A stretch of DNA of 64,000 nt from Ranitomeya imitator (Eukaryota), in assembly GCF_032444005.1 (NCBI RefSeq), contig NW_027193546.1, positions 496,001 through 560,000 of the forward strand. The letters are read 5' to 3'. The notes beneath the pieces were generated by a model. That model worked only from the letters and a program-made list of their open reading frames with translations. It was not told the origin of the DNA and searched no databases. Made by a program: the position numbers and the translations under genes. Numbering within the stretch: the first letter of the stretch is position 1; the number at the start of each line of letters is the position of its first letter. Shown one piece after another: positions 36,591-48,734 of the stretch.

Positions 36591-37066
36591 GGGCAACAAA
36601 ATTAATAAAGGGGATGGGAGAACTACAATACCCAGATAGATTAGCGAAATTAGGATTATTTAGTCTAGAAAAAAGACGACTGAGGGGCGATCTAATAACC
36701 ATGTATAAGTATATAAGGGGACAATACAAATATCTCGCTGAGGATCTGTTTATACCAAGGAAGGTGACGGCACAAGGGGGCATTCTTTGCGTCTGGAGGA
36801 GAGAAGGTTTTTCCACCAACATAGAAGAGGATTCTTTACTGTTAGGGCAGTGAGAATCTGGAATTGCTTGCCTGAGGAGGTGGTGATGGCGAACTCAGTC
36901 GAGGGGTTCAAGAGAGGCCTGGATGTCTTCCTGGAGCAGAACAATATTGTATCATACAATTAGGTTCTGTAGAGGGACGTAGATCTGGGGATTTGTTGTG
37001 ATGGAGTGTGGGCTGAACTGGATGGACAAATGTCTTTTTTCGGCCTTACTAACTATGTTACTATGT
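36591..37066 (+). mobile_element. Short 5'-truncated CR1 fragment with a frameshift
   Basis: Matches the 3' 480 bp of the satellite CR1s; tail CTATGTTACTATGT. Confidence 0.95.
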
Positions 37067-37459
37067 ACATCACTGAAGGCTGAGCGTTACCAAGGTTTCT
37101 CGCTCATTGTCTGATCACAGAATCCGTTGGGGAATTTGAATTCCCCGCTCATAATCTCCGGAGGATTGTTACAGGTCACTGATAGCGACAACCATCCCCC
37201 ACCCCCTTACTGCGGGACCTGCTAACTACATGTAGACCTCACCGCGGAGTATCAGACACTAAGGAGGGGACATTTCCTGCGAGCTTGGCAGACGACACTC
37301 CACCTGAGGGTCTGAGACTTCATGTGGGATTGACCCATTCATCTCCTGTTATTCTGTGGATATGTGCACCAACAATGGCGGCAATGGTGTATGAACTATC
37401 AGCCTCATGCGAGGACCCCCGAGATAGGCGGCGCCGGCTCTTGTGGTGACGGTGTGGGT

Positions 37460-37475
37460 GGCTCTTAGAAGAGCC
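37460..37475 (-). terminator. H2A 3' stem-loop GGCTCTTCTAAGAGCC + ACCCA; HDE-like CAAGAGCCG
   Basis: 29 nt past the H2A stop. Confidence 0.96.
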
Positions 37476-37504
37476 TTTGGTTTTGTAGAGATTGGCGGCA
37501 GCGC

Positions 37505-37897
37505 TCACTTGCTCTTGCTCGCCTTGCTGCTCTCGGTCTTCTTGGGCAGCAGCACGGCCTGGATGTTGGGCAGGACGCCCCCCTGGGCAATGGTCACCCC
37601 ACCCAGCAGCCTGTTCAGCTCCTCGTCATTGCGCACCGCCAGCTGCAGGTGACGGGGGATGATGCGGGTCTTCTTGTTGTCCCGGGCAGCATTGCCGGCC
37701 AATTCCAGGATCTCAGCGGTCAGATACTCCAGCACAGCGGCCAGATAGACCGGAGCGCCGGCGCCGACTCTCTCAGCGTAGTTGCCCTTGCGGAGAAGCC
37801 TGTGCACACGGCCGACTGGGAACTGCAGTCCTGCCCGGGATGAGCGGGTCTTGGCCTTAGCACGGACCTTTCCTCCTTGTTTGCCGCGTCCAGACAT
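37505..37897 (-). CDS. H2A: Histone H2A, canonical type, 130 aa
   Basis: [14 protein letters not shown]...[17 protein letters not shown]; no SQ(E/D)Y tail, so not H2A.X. Confidence 0.99.
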   Translation of the reverse strand: MSGRGKQGGKVRAKAKTRSSRAGLQFPVGRVHRLLRKGNYAERVGAGAPVYLAAVLEYLTAEILELAGNAARDNKKTRIIPRHLQLAVRNDEELNRLLGGVTIAQGGVLPNIQAVLLPKKTESSKASKSK

Positions 37898-37953
37898 GAT
37901 GCCGATAACTAATGACGGAAAATCGTGTAGAGAAGAGTCTGTGCTGTGTCGCC

Positions 37954-38098
37954 TTATATAGTCCGTTGCTCCGCCCTCCTCTCCTGTCGTTGGACGGATC
38001 TGAAGATGAAAATGGAGAAGAGTATTGGAGATCCACCAATGAGCTACAGAGGGCGGAGCTTATTATTGCTCCTTTCTCAAATGAGTTTCTCACCCAAT
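37954..38098 (-). promoter_or_regulatory. H2A promoter: TATATAA (about 37954-37960), GC boxes, CCAAT motifs
   Basis: Motifs upstream of the ATG on the minus strand. Confidence 0.75.
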
Positions 38099-38688
38099 AG
38101 AAAACGTTCGCTTTGGACAGAATAGATAAGGGGTGAAAACAGATATCTGTCCTGGAGCAGAAGGAAATGCAGAAATATTCTGTTGACTTGTTGTTTGCAC
38201 TTGTTGGACTTGTGTCTTCTATCAGCCATATATTGCACTGACAGTCTGGCGGGTGAGGGGTTAATTCCTGTCAGGAGGAGGCTCCTCACTCACCCGCTTA
38301 TTATCCTGTGCAGATCCCCTGTGGTGTCCGCGCTTATACTATCACAGCCTGACTGAGACAAGTCTCCTATGTTCTGCCCGGAGCCTGATGTGACGCTGCC
38401 GGGTCTCGGGTGGGGGAAGTCGCCGCTTCTGTAAAGCGAGTGTGTAGTGGGGGGTCAGCACACACGGACACTGAGGAGTTAAATGGAGGCGGATATTCCT
38501 GTATCTGGGATTGGTCGGCGCCTGCGGATGTCTCTCGCTCATTGGCTGATTACAGATCCGTTGCTGGTTTTGAATTCCCCGCTCAGTTTCTGCTCTTTGT
38601 CCGTCGGGTTTATTACCGGCCCCTTTGCTGGAGCGGCGATCGCTGATAATACCGGGTCCTGTCATCCCAGCTGTCTGCCCCCAAACAC

Positions 38689-39581
38689 CTCCGTGTCCTT
38701 GACCTGAGTGCACACCATTATCCTTGTTCATGTGATTTTTTGCTTGGTGTAGCACCGGTTTACCAGATGACGTCTGACATCTTCGCATACGACGACGCAA
38801 CCAGTTCCAGCATCTTATCGCAAGTTTCAAACTCAAGTGAATTCTTGAAAACCCCTCCCCATGAGTTGAGGACGAGGGACTACGAGAATTAGCGACGAAA
38901 ATTAATCTCATATGATTTACACTGCATAACTTTGGCAGAACATCATAAACAGGGCAAGATCCCGAGAGGTCTTAGGTGCAACCTGCGCCCAACACTTTTT
39001 TCTGAAGATCCCGATTACTGTGACAAATACAAGAGAATACTAAATAAATGTTCTTTAGACATCATTATTCTGACCATTGAATTTCTACAAAAGGCTATTA
39101 CGGAAACAAAGGACAGTATTAGAGCAATTGAAACACAACTATCTTCTACATTGGCATCCACAGACTCTTACTTTTCGCTGCTCCGGACAGTATTCCCTTC
39201 ATCGCCTCTGGTTGCCTTGTAAATATTGTACATATTATATTTTATATTTTGGTGTATGTTTATTATTTTGTCTTTTTTGTTCTTATTCGTTTTCTATTAC
39301 ATATAATGTTATGTCACATACAGTTACTTATACTGTTTATTTGCTTTCCTAGTAACCCCATGAATAAGACCCGGGAGGGTCGAAACGTCGGGTTTCTATC
39401 TACGAATTATCACAGTGGCAATTGTTGACTTGTTTTCGTGAATAAATCTGGCATATACCTTTTGCATCATACCAGTTTCGAGTGTGCGGTATTTTTTCTT
39501 CTACTATTAACTTGACCACACGGTCTGTTTTACCAGCACCTCCGTGTCCTTGACCTGAGTGCACACCATTATCCTTGTTCA
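38689..39581 (+). mobile_element. Internally deleted Penelope-like retroelement (893 bp) with 13-bp TSD TGCCCCCAAACAC and 47-bp terminal direct repeat
   Basis: TSD at 38676-38688 and 39582-39594; empty site seen in the paralogous block near 43976-43992; ORF remnant LHCITLAEHHKQGKIPRGLRCNLRPTLF; hammerhead-like motif at 39354-39395. Family assignment is from recalled motifs. Confidence 0.75.
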
Positions 39582-40097
39582 TGCCCCCAAACACGGGCGG
39601 GGATCGGTCGCCATTATTACTCTGGGGAGGTTATAATAACCTTCATAGGCGCCATCCATCCGAAACATTAGTGTCCGGGACGTGGTCATCACATAGGAGT
39701 CTCCGTACCCGGTACACAGGGCGTCCATCTATCCAGCTGCCTCAGACAGCCACATTCCCTGTGAATATTCGCTGCCCTATTCACCCCACACGGATCTGAT
39801 CAGGAGAATATTACTGTACAGCCCATTTCCCTGTAATTCCGTGTTCTATTTATTTTATATATCAATAAGAAGAAACCGCATTTGTGCTGTGATGGGAGTC
39901 ACCAGTACTTGGGGCATCTTACAGTCAGACTTGTGATCGGATCTCTCTGCACTGCAGTGGTTTTATCTCACGTCATATTAACCCTATGAGATCTATGGCA
40001 TTCGTTTTACATTATTACATCTAGTGCTAGAGGATCCTATCCTGCAATTGTATTGGGATATTTCTCCCATGATTCGTTGTTCCCCTCCACATTCTCG

Positions 40098-41017
40098 GAA
40101 CTTCTACATGTGGGCAAAACAGAATTCATTGTCTTTCCCACATCACACGCAACCCCCCAACGAACCTATCCATTACAGGAAACGGCTGCCCACTCTCCTC
40201 AGTCCAAGTTCGCTGCCTCGGGGTAATCCTTGACACTCATCTCTCCTTCAAACCTCATATCCAAGCCCTTTCCACTTCCTGCCGCCTTCAACTCAAAATA
40301 TTTCAAGGATCTGTAGATTTCTAAACCAAGAATCTGCAAAAACCCTAGTCTATGCCCTCATCATCTCCCGCCTGGACTACTGTAACCTCCTGCTCTGTGG
40401 CCTCCCCTCTAACACTCTCGCACCCCTCCTATCTATTCTAAACTCTCCTGCCCGACTAACCAACCTGTCCCCCGCTATTCCCCGGCCTCTCCCCTCTGTC
40501 AATCCCTTCACTGGCTCCCCATTACCCAGAGACTCCAGTACAAAAGCCTAACCATGACATACAAAGCCATCCACAAAATGTCTCCTTTATACATCTGTGA
40601 CCTCCTCTCCCGGTACTTTCCTGCAACCTCCGATCCTCACAAGATCTCCTTCTCTACTCCCCTTCCCACAATCGCATACAAGATTTCTCTTGCGCATCAC
40701 CCCTACTCTGGAACCCTCTACCACAACACATCAGACTCTCACCTACCATGGAAACCTTCAAAAAGAGCCTAAAGACCCACCTCTTCCGACAAGCCTACAA
40801 CCTGCAGTAACCACCACTGATCGACCAGCTCTACCTTCACCTACTGTATCCTCATCCATCCATTGTAGATTGCGAGCCCTCGTGGGCAGGGTCCTCTCTC
40901 CTCCTGTACCAGTTATGACTTGTATTGTTCAAGATCATTGTACCTGTTATTATGTATACCCCTCCTCACATGTAAAGCGCCATGGAATAAATGGCGCTAT
41001 AATAATAAATAATAATA
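40098..41017 (+). mobile_element. Decayed L2-clade LINE 3' fragment
   Basis: GKTEFIVF, CLGVILD, LIISRLDYCN, LHWLPI and FKK.LKTHLF remnants; 3' end TGTAAAGCGCCATGGAATAAATGGCGCTATAATAATAAATAAT. Confidence 0.9.
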
Positions 41018-42045
41018 TTGCCCGAGAGCCGCCAGTCCTGACACTAGATGAAGCGGGGGAAGAAAAGTGATAGAACAGAAGGACGATCAGTAACTGAGCA
41101 GGGATCCTGTGAGGAGGATGTGACGGCCGATAATGTAACTGCCTGACCTGTGAGATCCTGACACCACAGGGTAATGTTCTGAGCAGGGACACTCCGCAAT
41201 CTTCTACACATGATCCTACATTTCCCATCACAGACCTCCTGCCTGCAGCCGTAGGACTGATCTGTAATGGGGAGACATGGTGGGATCTGCTGGGAAGGGC
41301 AGAATTGGTCTTCCCTGAAATGTCTCTTGTAGGATATGTCCCTGACCAGTATATCGTCTCAACAATACGGATTGTGACGGGAAAGGGACGATCTGATCGT
41401 CTCCAGGTCAGACACACGGGAACATCACAGCATGTGGAGAACACGAATCATTCTCTATATCCATGAGAGGAAACCGGAGCGGATACAGCGCCGCTAACCT
41501 GGAAATCTGCAGATTCCTGTGTGGGATGTAAGAGACCAATGATCGCTCAACACAAGCAGATTTCCCGATATCGGTCCTGGGACCAGGTGTTATATGAAGA
41601 CAAAAGACGGAAAAAAGCGGGAACCGTAAACGTGTTACCATTGGAAACATTAGCTCCTCCCTCTGCTGATTGGCTGAACACAGGACGGTTGGGGGTTTGA
41701 ATTTCCCGCCGCTTCTAAATGTAATGACGTCACTTACACTGTAAAAAGAATCCAGATTAGGCTCTAGATCAACTCCACCACAAATGGCTCCTGTTACCTG
41801 AGAAACGAGAGTAATGAACTAATAAACGAGACCCCAGAATGCCGAGATCTGTGCAGCAAGGAGTTAAATAAGAAGTCCCTGAATACACATCAACTCGCTG
41901 AGCAATGCCCAGATTATTCCTGAGATTTTCTCACCATCTCCCTCGTCACCAGGCGCAGAGCCCCGGGCGGAGCGAGCAGACACCTCGGGGAGACGGGAGA
42001 GGACACCGGAGCAGTGTGGGTGGCTCTTATAGTGAGGGTGTGGGT

Positions 42046-42061
42046 GGCTCTTAGAAGAGCC
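42046..42061 (-). terminator. H2B 3' stem-loop GGCTCTTCTAAGAGCC + ACCCA
   Basis: Canonical stem, correct distance from the predicted stop. Confidence 0.95.
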
Positions 42062-42091
42062 TTTGGGGTGAGGAGCGGAGCACGGANNNNN

Positions 42092-42490
<399 letters not shown>

Positions 42491-42538
42491 TCAGTACAAG
42501 TAAGAAGAATAATGATCCTGCGCCTCCAAGAGCGGCGG

Positions 42539-42660
42539 AATTTATAGCCCGGCCATGCAGATGAGCACTGCTGTCAGACCGCCGTTCTATTGGGTGATGA
42601 AGTCATGTGACCAACGAGAACGTTAGACCACTGCAGCTGATTGGTGGTTTCCCAAATCAT
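42539..42660 (-). promoter_or_regulatory. H2B promoter: TATAAAT (about 42540-42546), variant octamer ATCTGCAT (42555-42562), CCAAT boxes
   Basis: CTCATCTGCAT sits where vertebrate H2B promoters have CTCATTTGCAT. Confidence 0.8.
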
Positions 42661-43274
42661 TGCTTCATCTTTGCAGCGGGGATGCTGTATAGCGATGTAA
42701 AACCCTGTATAATGCTCTATACATCTAAATAGTGCTGTGAAGCTCCATATACCGCAGTGCACCCTCATATAGCGCTGTATGTGTTCATGTTCTATTTACC
42801 CTTCATAGTGCTGTTATTCATCTGAATAGTGCAGAGTACCCCCATATACTGCAACCTACTGACAAATGACTGTGCCACATTATGCAGGCAGTTACAGTAC
42901 AGCGCCCGACATGTTACACTCCGTATAGTGCAGTAATATCTCCAGATGGTGCTGGAAACCCCAGCTAGTCAGCTGTGCCAGGACTGCAAACCCTGTGAAT
43001 TCAGTGAGATGTTTCGGTAGTAGCCGCACCCAGTTTTCTAGGAAGAGCCGGCTTCCCTCAGGAGCTGTGTCCCCTGTATAAACTGCACTTATCCCTCCTG
43101 TGTGTGATCTCAGTAACATGAAGCCGGATCAGTCACTTCAGCCACGAATCTCTGCTCTGTGGTGACCGCAGTACAGTGGAGCACGGATCGTGTATAGTGA
43201 CCTCTATATACCGCCTGGTGCAGTGTGAACCATCAGTGTGATCAGCGGTGCGGCTCTTAGGAGGAGGATGTGGG

Positions 43275-43290
43275 GGCTCTTAGAAGAGCC
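43275..43290 (-). terminator. Orphan histone stem-loop AAA-GGCTCTTCTAAGAGCC-CCCAC with HDE-like TAAGAGCCG; no histone CDS upstream
   Basis: Stem-loop identical to the H2A/H2B one; shares CTCCGCTCCTC with the H2B 3' UTR. Confidence 0.85.
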
Positions 43291-44899
43291 TTTGAGTGTG
43301 TGGACAGATGTGGAGGAGCGGAGTTTACAGTCCTGGCACAGCAGACTAGCCGCTTCCTGGATCTACGAGGAAACGGCCATTATCTGTCCCAATCACTGCA
43401 CAAAGTCCTCCTTCAATAAGGGCTAATTTCCAGCTATCTGCAGATTATTCCGAGGCTGAGTTCTGCGAGCGACACTCAATTTGCACTGACAGTCTGGCGG
43501 GTGAGGGGTCAATCCCTGTCAGTGTTTCTCCTCCGCTCCATCTGCACAGGAGGCGGCTCCTCACTCACCCGCGTATTATCCTGTGCAGATCCCCTGTGGT
43601 GTCCGCGCTGATCCTATCACAGCCTGACTGAGACAAGTCTCCTATGTTCTGCCCGGAGCCTGATGTGACGCTGCCGGGTCTCGGGTGGGGGAAGTCGCCG
43701 CTTCTATAAAGCGAGTGAGTAGTGGGGGTCAGCACACACGGACACTAAGGAGTTAATGGGGGCGGATGTTCCTGTATCTGGGATTGGTCGGCGCCTGTGG
43801 ATGTATCTCGCTCATTGGCTGATTACAGATCCGTTGCTGGTTTTGAATTTCCCGCTCAATCGCTTTTCTTTGTCCGTCGGATTATTACCGGCCCCTCTGC
43901 TGGAGCGGCGATCGCTGTGTATACCGGTGGGAGCAGCTCTACCCCGCTGATAATACCGGGTCCTGTCCTCCCAACTGTCTGCCCCCAAACACGGGGATCA
44001 GTCGCCATTATTATTCTGAGGAGGTTATAATAGTCTTCAGAGGCGACATCCATCCGACACATTAGTGTCCAGGACTTGGTCATCACACAGGAGCCTCCGT
44101 ACCCGGTACACAGGGCGTCCATCTATCCAGCTGCCTCTTACAGCCACATTCCCTGTACACGGATCTGATCAGGAAATTATCACTGCGGCCCAGTGCGGAT
44201 ATATATCCCCCATGAATCCATGTTATCTTTGTAGGTCAATGAGAAGAAACCGCATCACCCGAAGTCCGCGGTGAAAGACGGGGGAGCAGACACGGCCCCA
44301 GTATGTCAGGACCCGGGAGCATACAACTAGCACGTCCCAGGCTGAGGCCGGTACTACAGGCAGCCGCACAGGGGATATTTTGCCCTGCAGAGACGCTGAG
44401 CCGGATACTAATCAATCAGCGCCCAATAAGAACAGGATCTTAAATGTCTAGACAGAATATTAACCTACATTTGGAAACCGCCCGGAACACCCCCTGATTA
44501 GAGCTGTAGAGAGATCTGCTTCCAATAAGCCTTTCCACGTCAGGATATCCTTCGGAAACTGAATGTGTGGGAATATGGTTAAAGAGACCCTACTCCCAGA
44601 TCATACACACACGGAATCCGTCGGGTACAAAACAGGATTTGCAAATAGGTCTCACAACCAAAAGCAGCGACAGAACCATCCGCCCAAAAACGGCATCAGA
44701 GGACGTTACCGAACTGCGGATCAGGGTCAGAATTACCATTCCCCACAATTATTTGGCCGATGGAAGTTTTCGACTATTCAGTATTCGGAGCGTAAATTCG
44801 GCACCGATGAGTGTTCTACTAACATTACAGCGACATCACCACAGCAGAGAAATGAGATCCTAGCAGTCAGGTGCAGCCTCTCACTTAGAAGATGTGGGT

Positions 44900-44915
44900 G
44901 GCTCTGAAAAGAGCC
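44900..44915 (-). terminator. H4 3' stem-loop
   Basis: Reverse complement of GGCTCTTTTCAGAGCC. Confidence 0.97.
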
Positions 44916-44945
44916 TTTGGGTTGTGAAGACAGAAGAGAACACAA

Positions 44946-45266
<321 letters not shown>

Positions 45267-45308
45267 TTAATGAGCAAAAACTGATTCCTGAGCCTCAGGG
45301 ACTGCACC

Positions 45309-45451
45309 TTTATATGGAGGGAGAATGGACCAGAGAGAGAACTGCAGAGATGACGCACTTCCGGGACGGGGCTTACAGAATCTACATTAGCTCCTCCCTT
45401 TCTCTGCTGATTGGCTAAATACTAAACTGTAGGGAAGTTTGATTTTCCCGC
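45309..45451 (-). promoter_or_regulatory. Promoter of the second H4: TATAAA, GGTCC, GC box, CCAAT, E2F/CHR-like module
   Basis: Reverse-complement homologue of 35262-35400. Confidence 0.82.
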
Positions 45452-45778
45452 TCATTGCTCAGTTTCTGCAATTATCTTTCCAGCTTCTATTATGTGTAAT
45501 TTCCTTCCCTTATGATTGAGGGTATCCTAAATATTGTCATTACTGTTCCAGATCATGGTGGATCATATCTTCCACAACAGATGATGCCCCCAGTTACCCT
45601 CCACACAGTATGATGCCTCCTACACAGTAAGATACCCACACAGCAGGATGTCCCCACAGTTACTGTGTGGGGGTATAATACCCCCAGTAACTCCCCAAAC
45701 AGTATGATGCCCTAAGTCCCCCCCACACACACACACACACACACACTTTGATGCACCCACAGTTATCCCCTATACAAT

Positions 45779-46293
45779 GTAACATAGTAACATAGTTAGT
45801 AAGGCCGAAAAAATACATTTGTCCTTCCAGTTCAGCCTATATTCCATCATAATAAATCCCCAGATCTACGTCCTTCTACAGAACCTAATAATTGTATGAT
45901 ACAATATTGTTCTGCTCCAGGAAGACATCCAGGCCTCTCTTGAACCCCTCGACTGAGTTCGCCATCACCACCTCCTCAGGCAAGCAATTCCAGATTCTCA
46001 CTGCCCTAACAGTAAAGAATCCTCTTCTATGTTGGTGGAAAAACCTTCTCTCTTCCAGACGCAAAGAATGCCCCCTTGTGCCCGTCACCTTCCTTGGTAT
46101 AAACAGATCCTCAGCGAGATATTTGTATTGTCCCCTTATATACTTATACATGGTTATTAGATCGCCCCGTCTTTTTTCTAGACTAAATAATCCTAATTTC
46201 GCTAACCTATCTGGGTATTGTAGTTCTCCCATTCCCTTTATTAATTTTGTTGGCCTCCTTTGTACTCTCTCTAGTTCCATTATATCCTTCCTG
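45779..46293 (-). mobile_element. Short 5'-truncated CR1 fragment
   Basis: Same family; small in-frame deletion in LEKRRLRGD; GTAACATA tail. Confidence 0.95.
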
Positions 46294-46719
46294 TGGATGT
46301 GATACCCCCAGAGCGTCCCAACCTCAGCGTAATGCAATGATAGACATTTGTTCATTTTCTGATGAAGAACTTCCATAAATGGAAATTTGGAAGGACGAAA
46401 GAAGCAAGTGAAATTAGAAGAGATTTCCCATCACTTAATCACCAGATGATGGTACTTCATTTATGCCGTTACCTCATGTACCAATTACAACCCAGAAAGA
46501 CATTTTTATGCATTTTTTTTTATATAAAATATCATGCTTTAATGCAAAATTACAGGAACCTGCTCATAATTGTAAAGTACAAATTAGTTTGTTGGTGTTT
46601 TTTTTTAATTCATTGCTTTAATGTAAAAACTGTACAGGCAGCAAGAGGGTTAAACACCAGTGTAACTGAAAAATAATCCTTACTACATCGCCCTCTATAG
46701 TGCCAGAGGCATTTACCTT

Positions 46720-47130
46720 ATACATTCGAGTATAATCTGAGATTTGCAGCCATTTTTTTTAGGCTGAAAGTGCCCCTCTCGTCTTATACTGGAGTCATTG
46801 TACCAGGGGGTCGGCGGCTGGCACATCATACTCACCTCATACTGGCGCGGTCTCTGCTTCTCAGATAGTCTCTGGCGCCTGCATCTCTTCCTGTAATGAG
46901 TGGTACCACGTGACCACTAAACAAAGTAATGAATACATACGTGGCTCCACTCCCACAGGCGTGGAGCGCATATTCATTACTTTAATGAGCGGTACCATGA
47001 CGAACACAGGAACAAGTTGCCGGCACCAGAGACCATCGGAGAAGCAGGGACTTGCAGAGACGCTGCCAGGAGGGTGAGTATGACGGGGGAGGGTGAGCCA
47101 TGCATATTCACCTGTTCCGACGCGTATCCG
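46720..47130. mobile_element. Probable non-autonomous DNA transposon/MITE relic (Tc1/mariner-Tigger-like end)
   Basis: TACATTCGAGTATAATCTGAGATTT...CTTATACTGGAG resembles a TATACTCGAGTATAAG-type end; internal hairpin AAAGTAATGAATA...GCTCCAC/GTGGAGC...TATTCATTACTTT. Confidence 0.55.
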
Positions 47131-47875
47131 GGGGAGATTGCTAGTAGAAATTTTGCAATTAGCTCCTATCTCCTCCCTTTCGTCTGATTGGTTGAGCACA
47201 GAACGGTTGGAGATTTTGAATTTTCCACTTATTGTGCTCTTCTTTTCCCGCTTCTCTATTCTTCTCATCTCAGCGTCGCTTAGATCTGTTGGTTATTTTG
47301 ATTTTTACTTCCATTGTAGTTTCGGTTGTTATTTTCCAGCTTGTTATAAAGTAGAATAAAAAATACATTTTAAGGACACTGATCTACAGATAACTCATCT
47401 GATCCCCGGCAGTCACTCATCATTACACGTGGTGCCCGACTGGTGGCCATTACCGGTCACTGCAGAGCAGGGAGCTGTATGTAACCAGACCCCCGGCGGC
47501 ACCAGCCACAGATAAGATGAGAAAACTCAAATATATGATAATTACAACCTAAAGCCGCAAGACTGCAGAGGCGGCACTAGGACCCCATTTACGTCTGCGC
47601 TGTACAGAAACCGCGCCTCCACCACCAAAGACCCGGGCTGTGCACAGCGCACACTTTACCCTGTCCTTATAAAACGTCAGTCATGTAATTGATGTCGCAC
47701 TTTTGGACTTGGTGAGAATAAAGGATGCGCGGAGCGGTAACTGGAATATCGCGGATCACCTACAATATCGGACACAGCAGCCGGCTATTACCTTTCCTGA
47801 CCGCGCTCCGTATATGGAGAATACGCGCAGAAGAGAGACCGTTCAGGACTCGGCTCATTTGTGGGAGGATTTGGT

Positions 47876-47891
47876 GGCTCTGAAAAGAGCC
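47876..47891 (-). terminator. H3 3' stem-loop + ACCAA; HDE-like AATGAGCCG
   Basis: Canonical stem-loop. Confidence 0.97.
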
Positions 47892-47920
47892 TTTGTGTTG
47901 TGGTCGCAGCCGGGGCAGAT

Positions 47921-48545
<625 letters not shown>

Positions 48546-48734
48546 TCTTCCGTGATGCGTCTGTCCTCAGATCACTCATTTGCCGCTGCTGGAGCAGCTG
48601 ATGTATCTGCGTTGAAATGTCCCCGTGTATAGCGCTGTACAGTGCAGCTCCCGCATTATCGTCAGATCACACCAACCCCCCATCCTGAGACTGCGCCCAG
48701 CATCAGTTATATTAAAAACATTACAAGTAGGAAA

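Noticed and set aside
45570-45778. Degenerate CACAGTATGATGCCCC repeats with (CA)n, and the loose repeats at 42690-42850
   Set aside because: Ordinary low-copy simple repeats with no definable unit or function.
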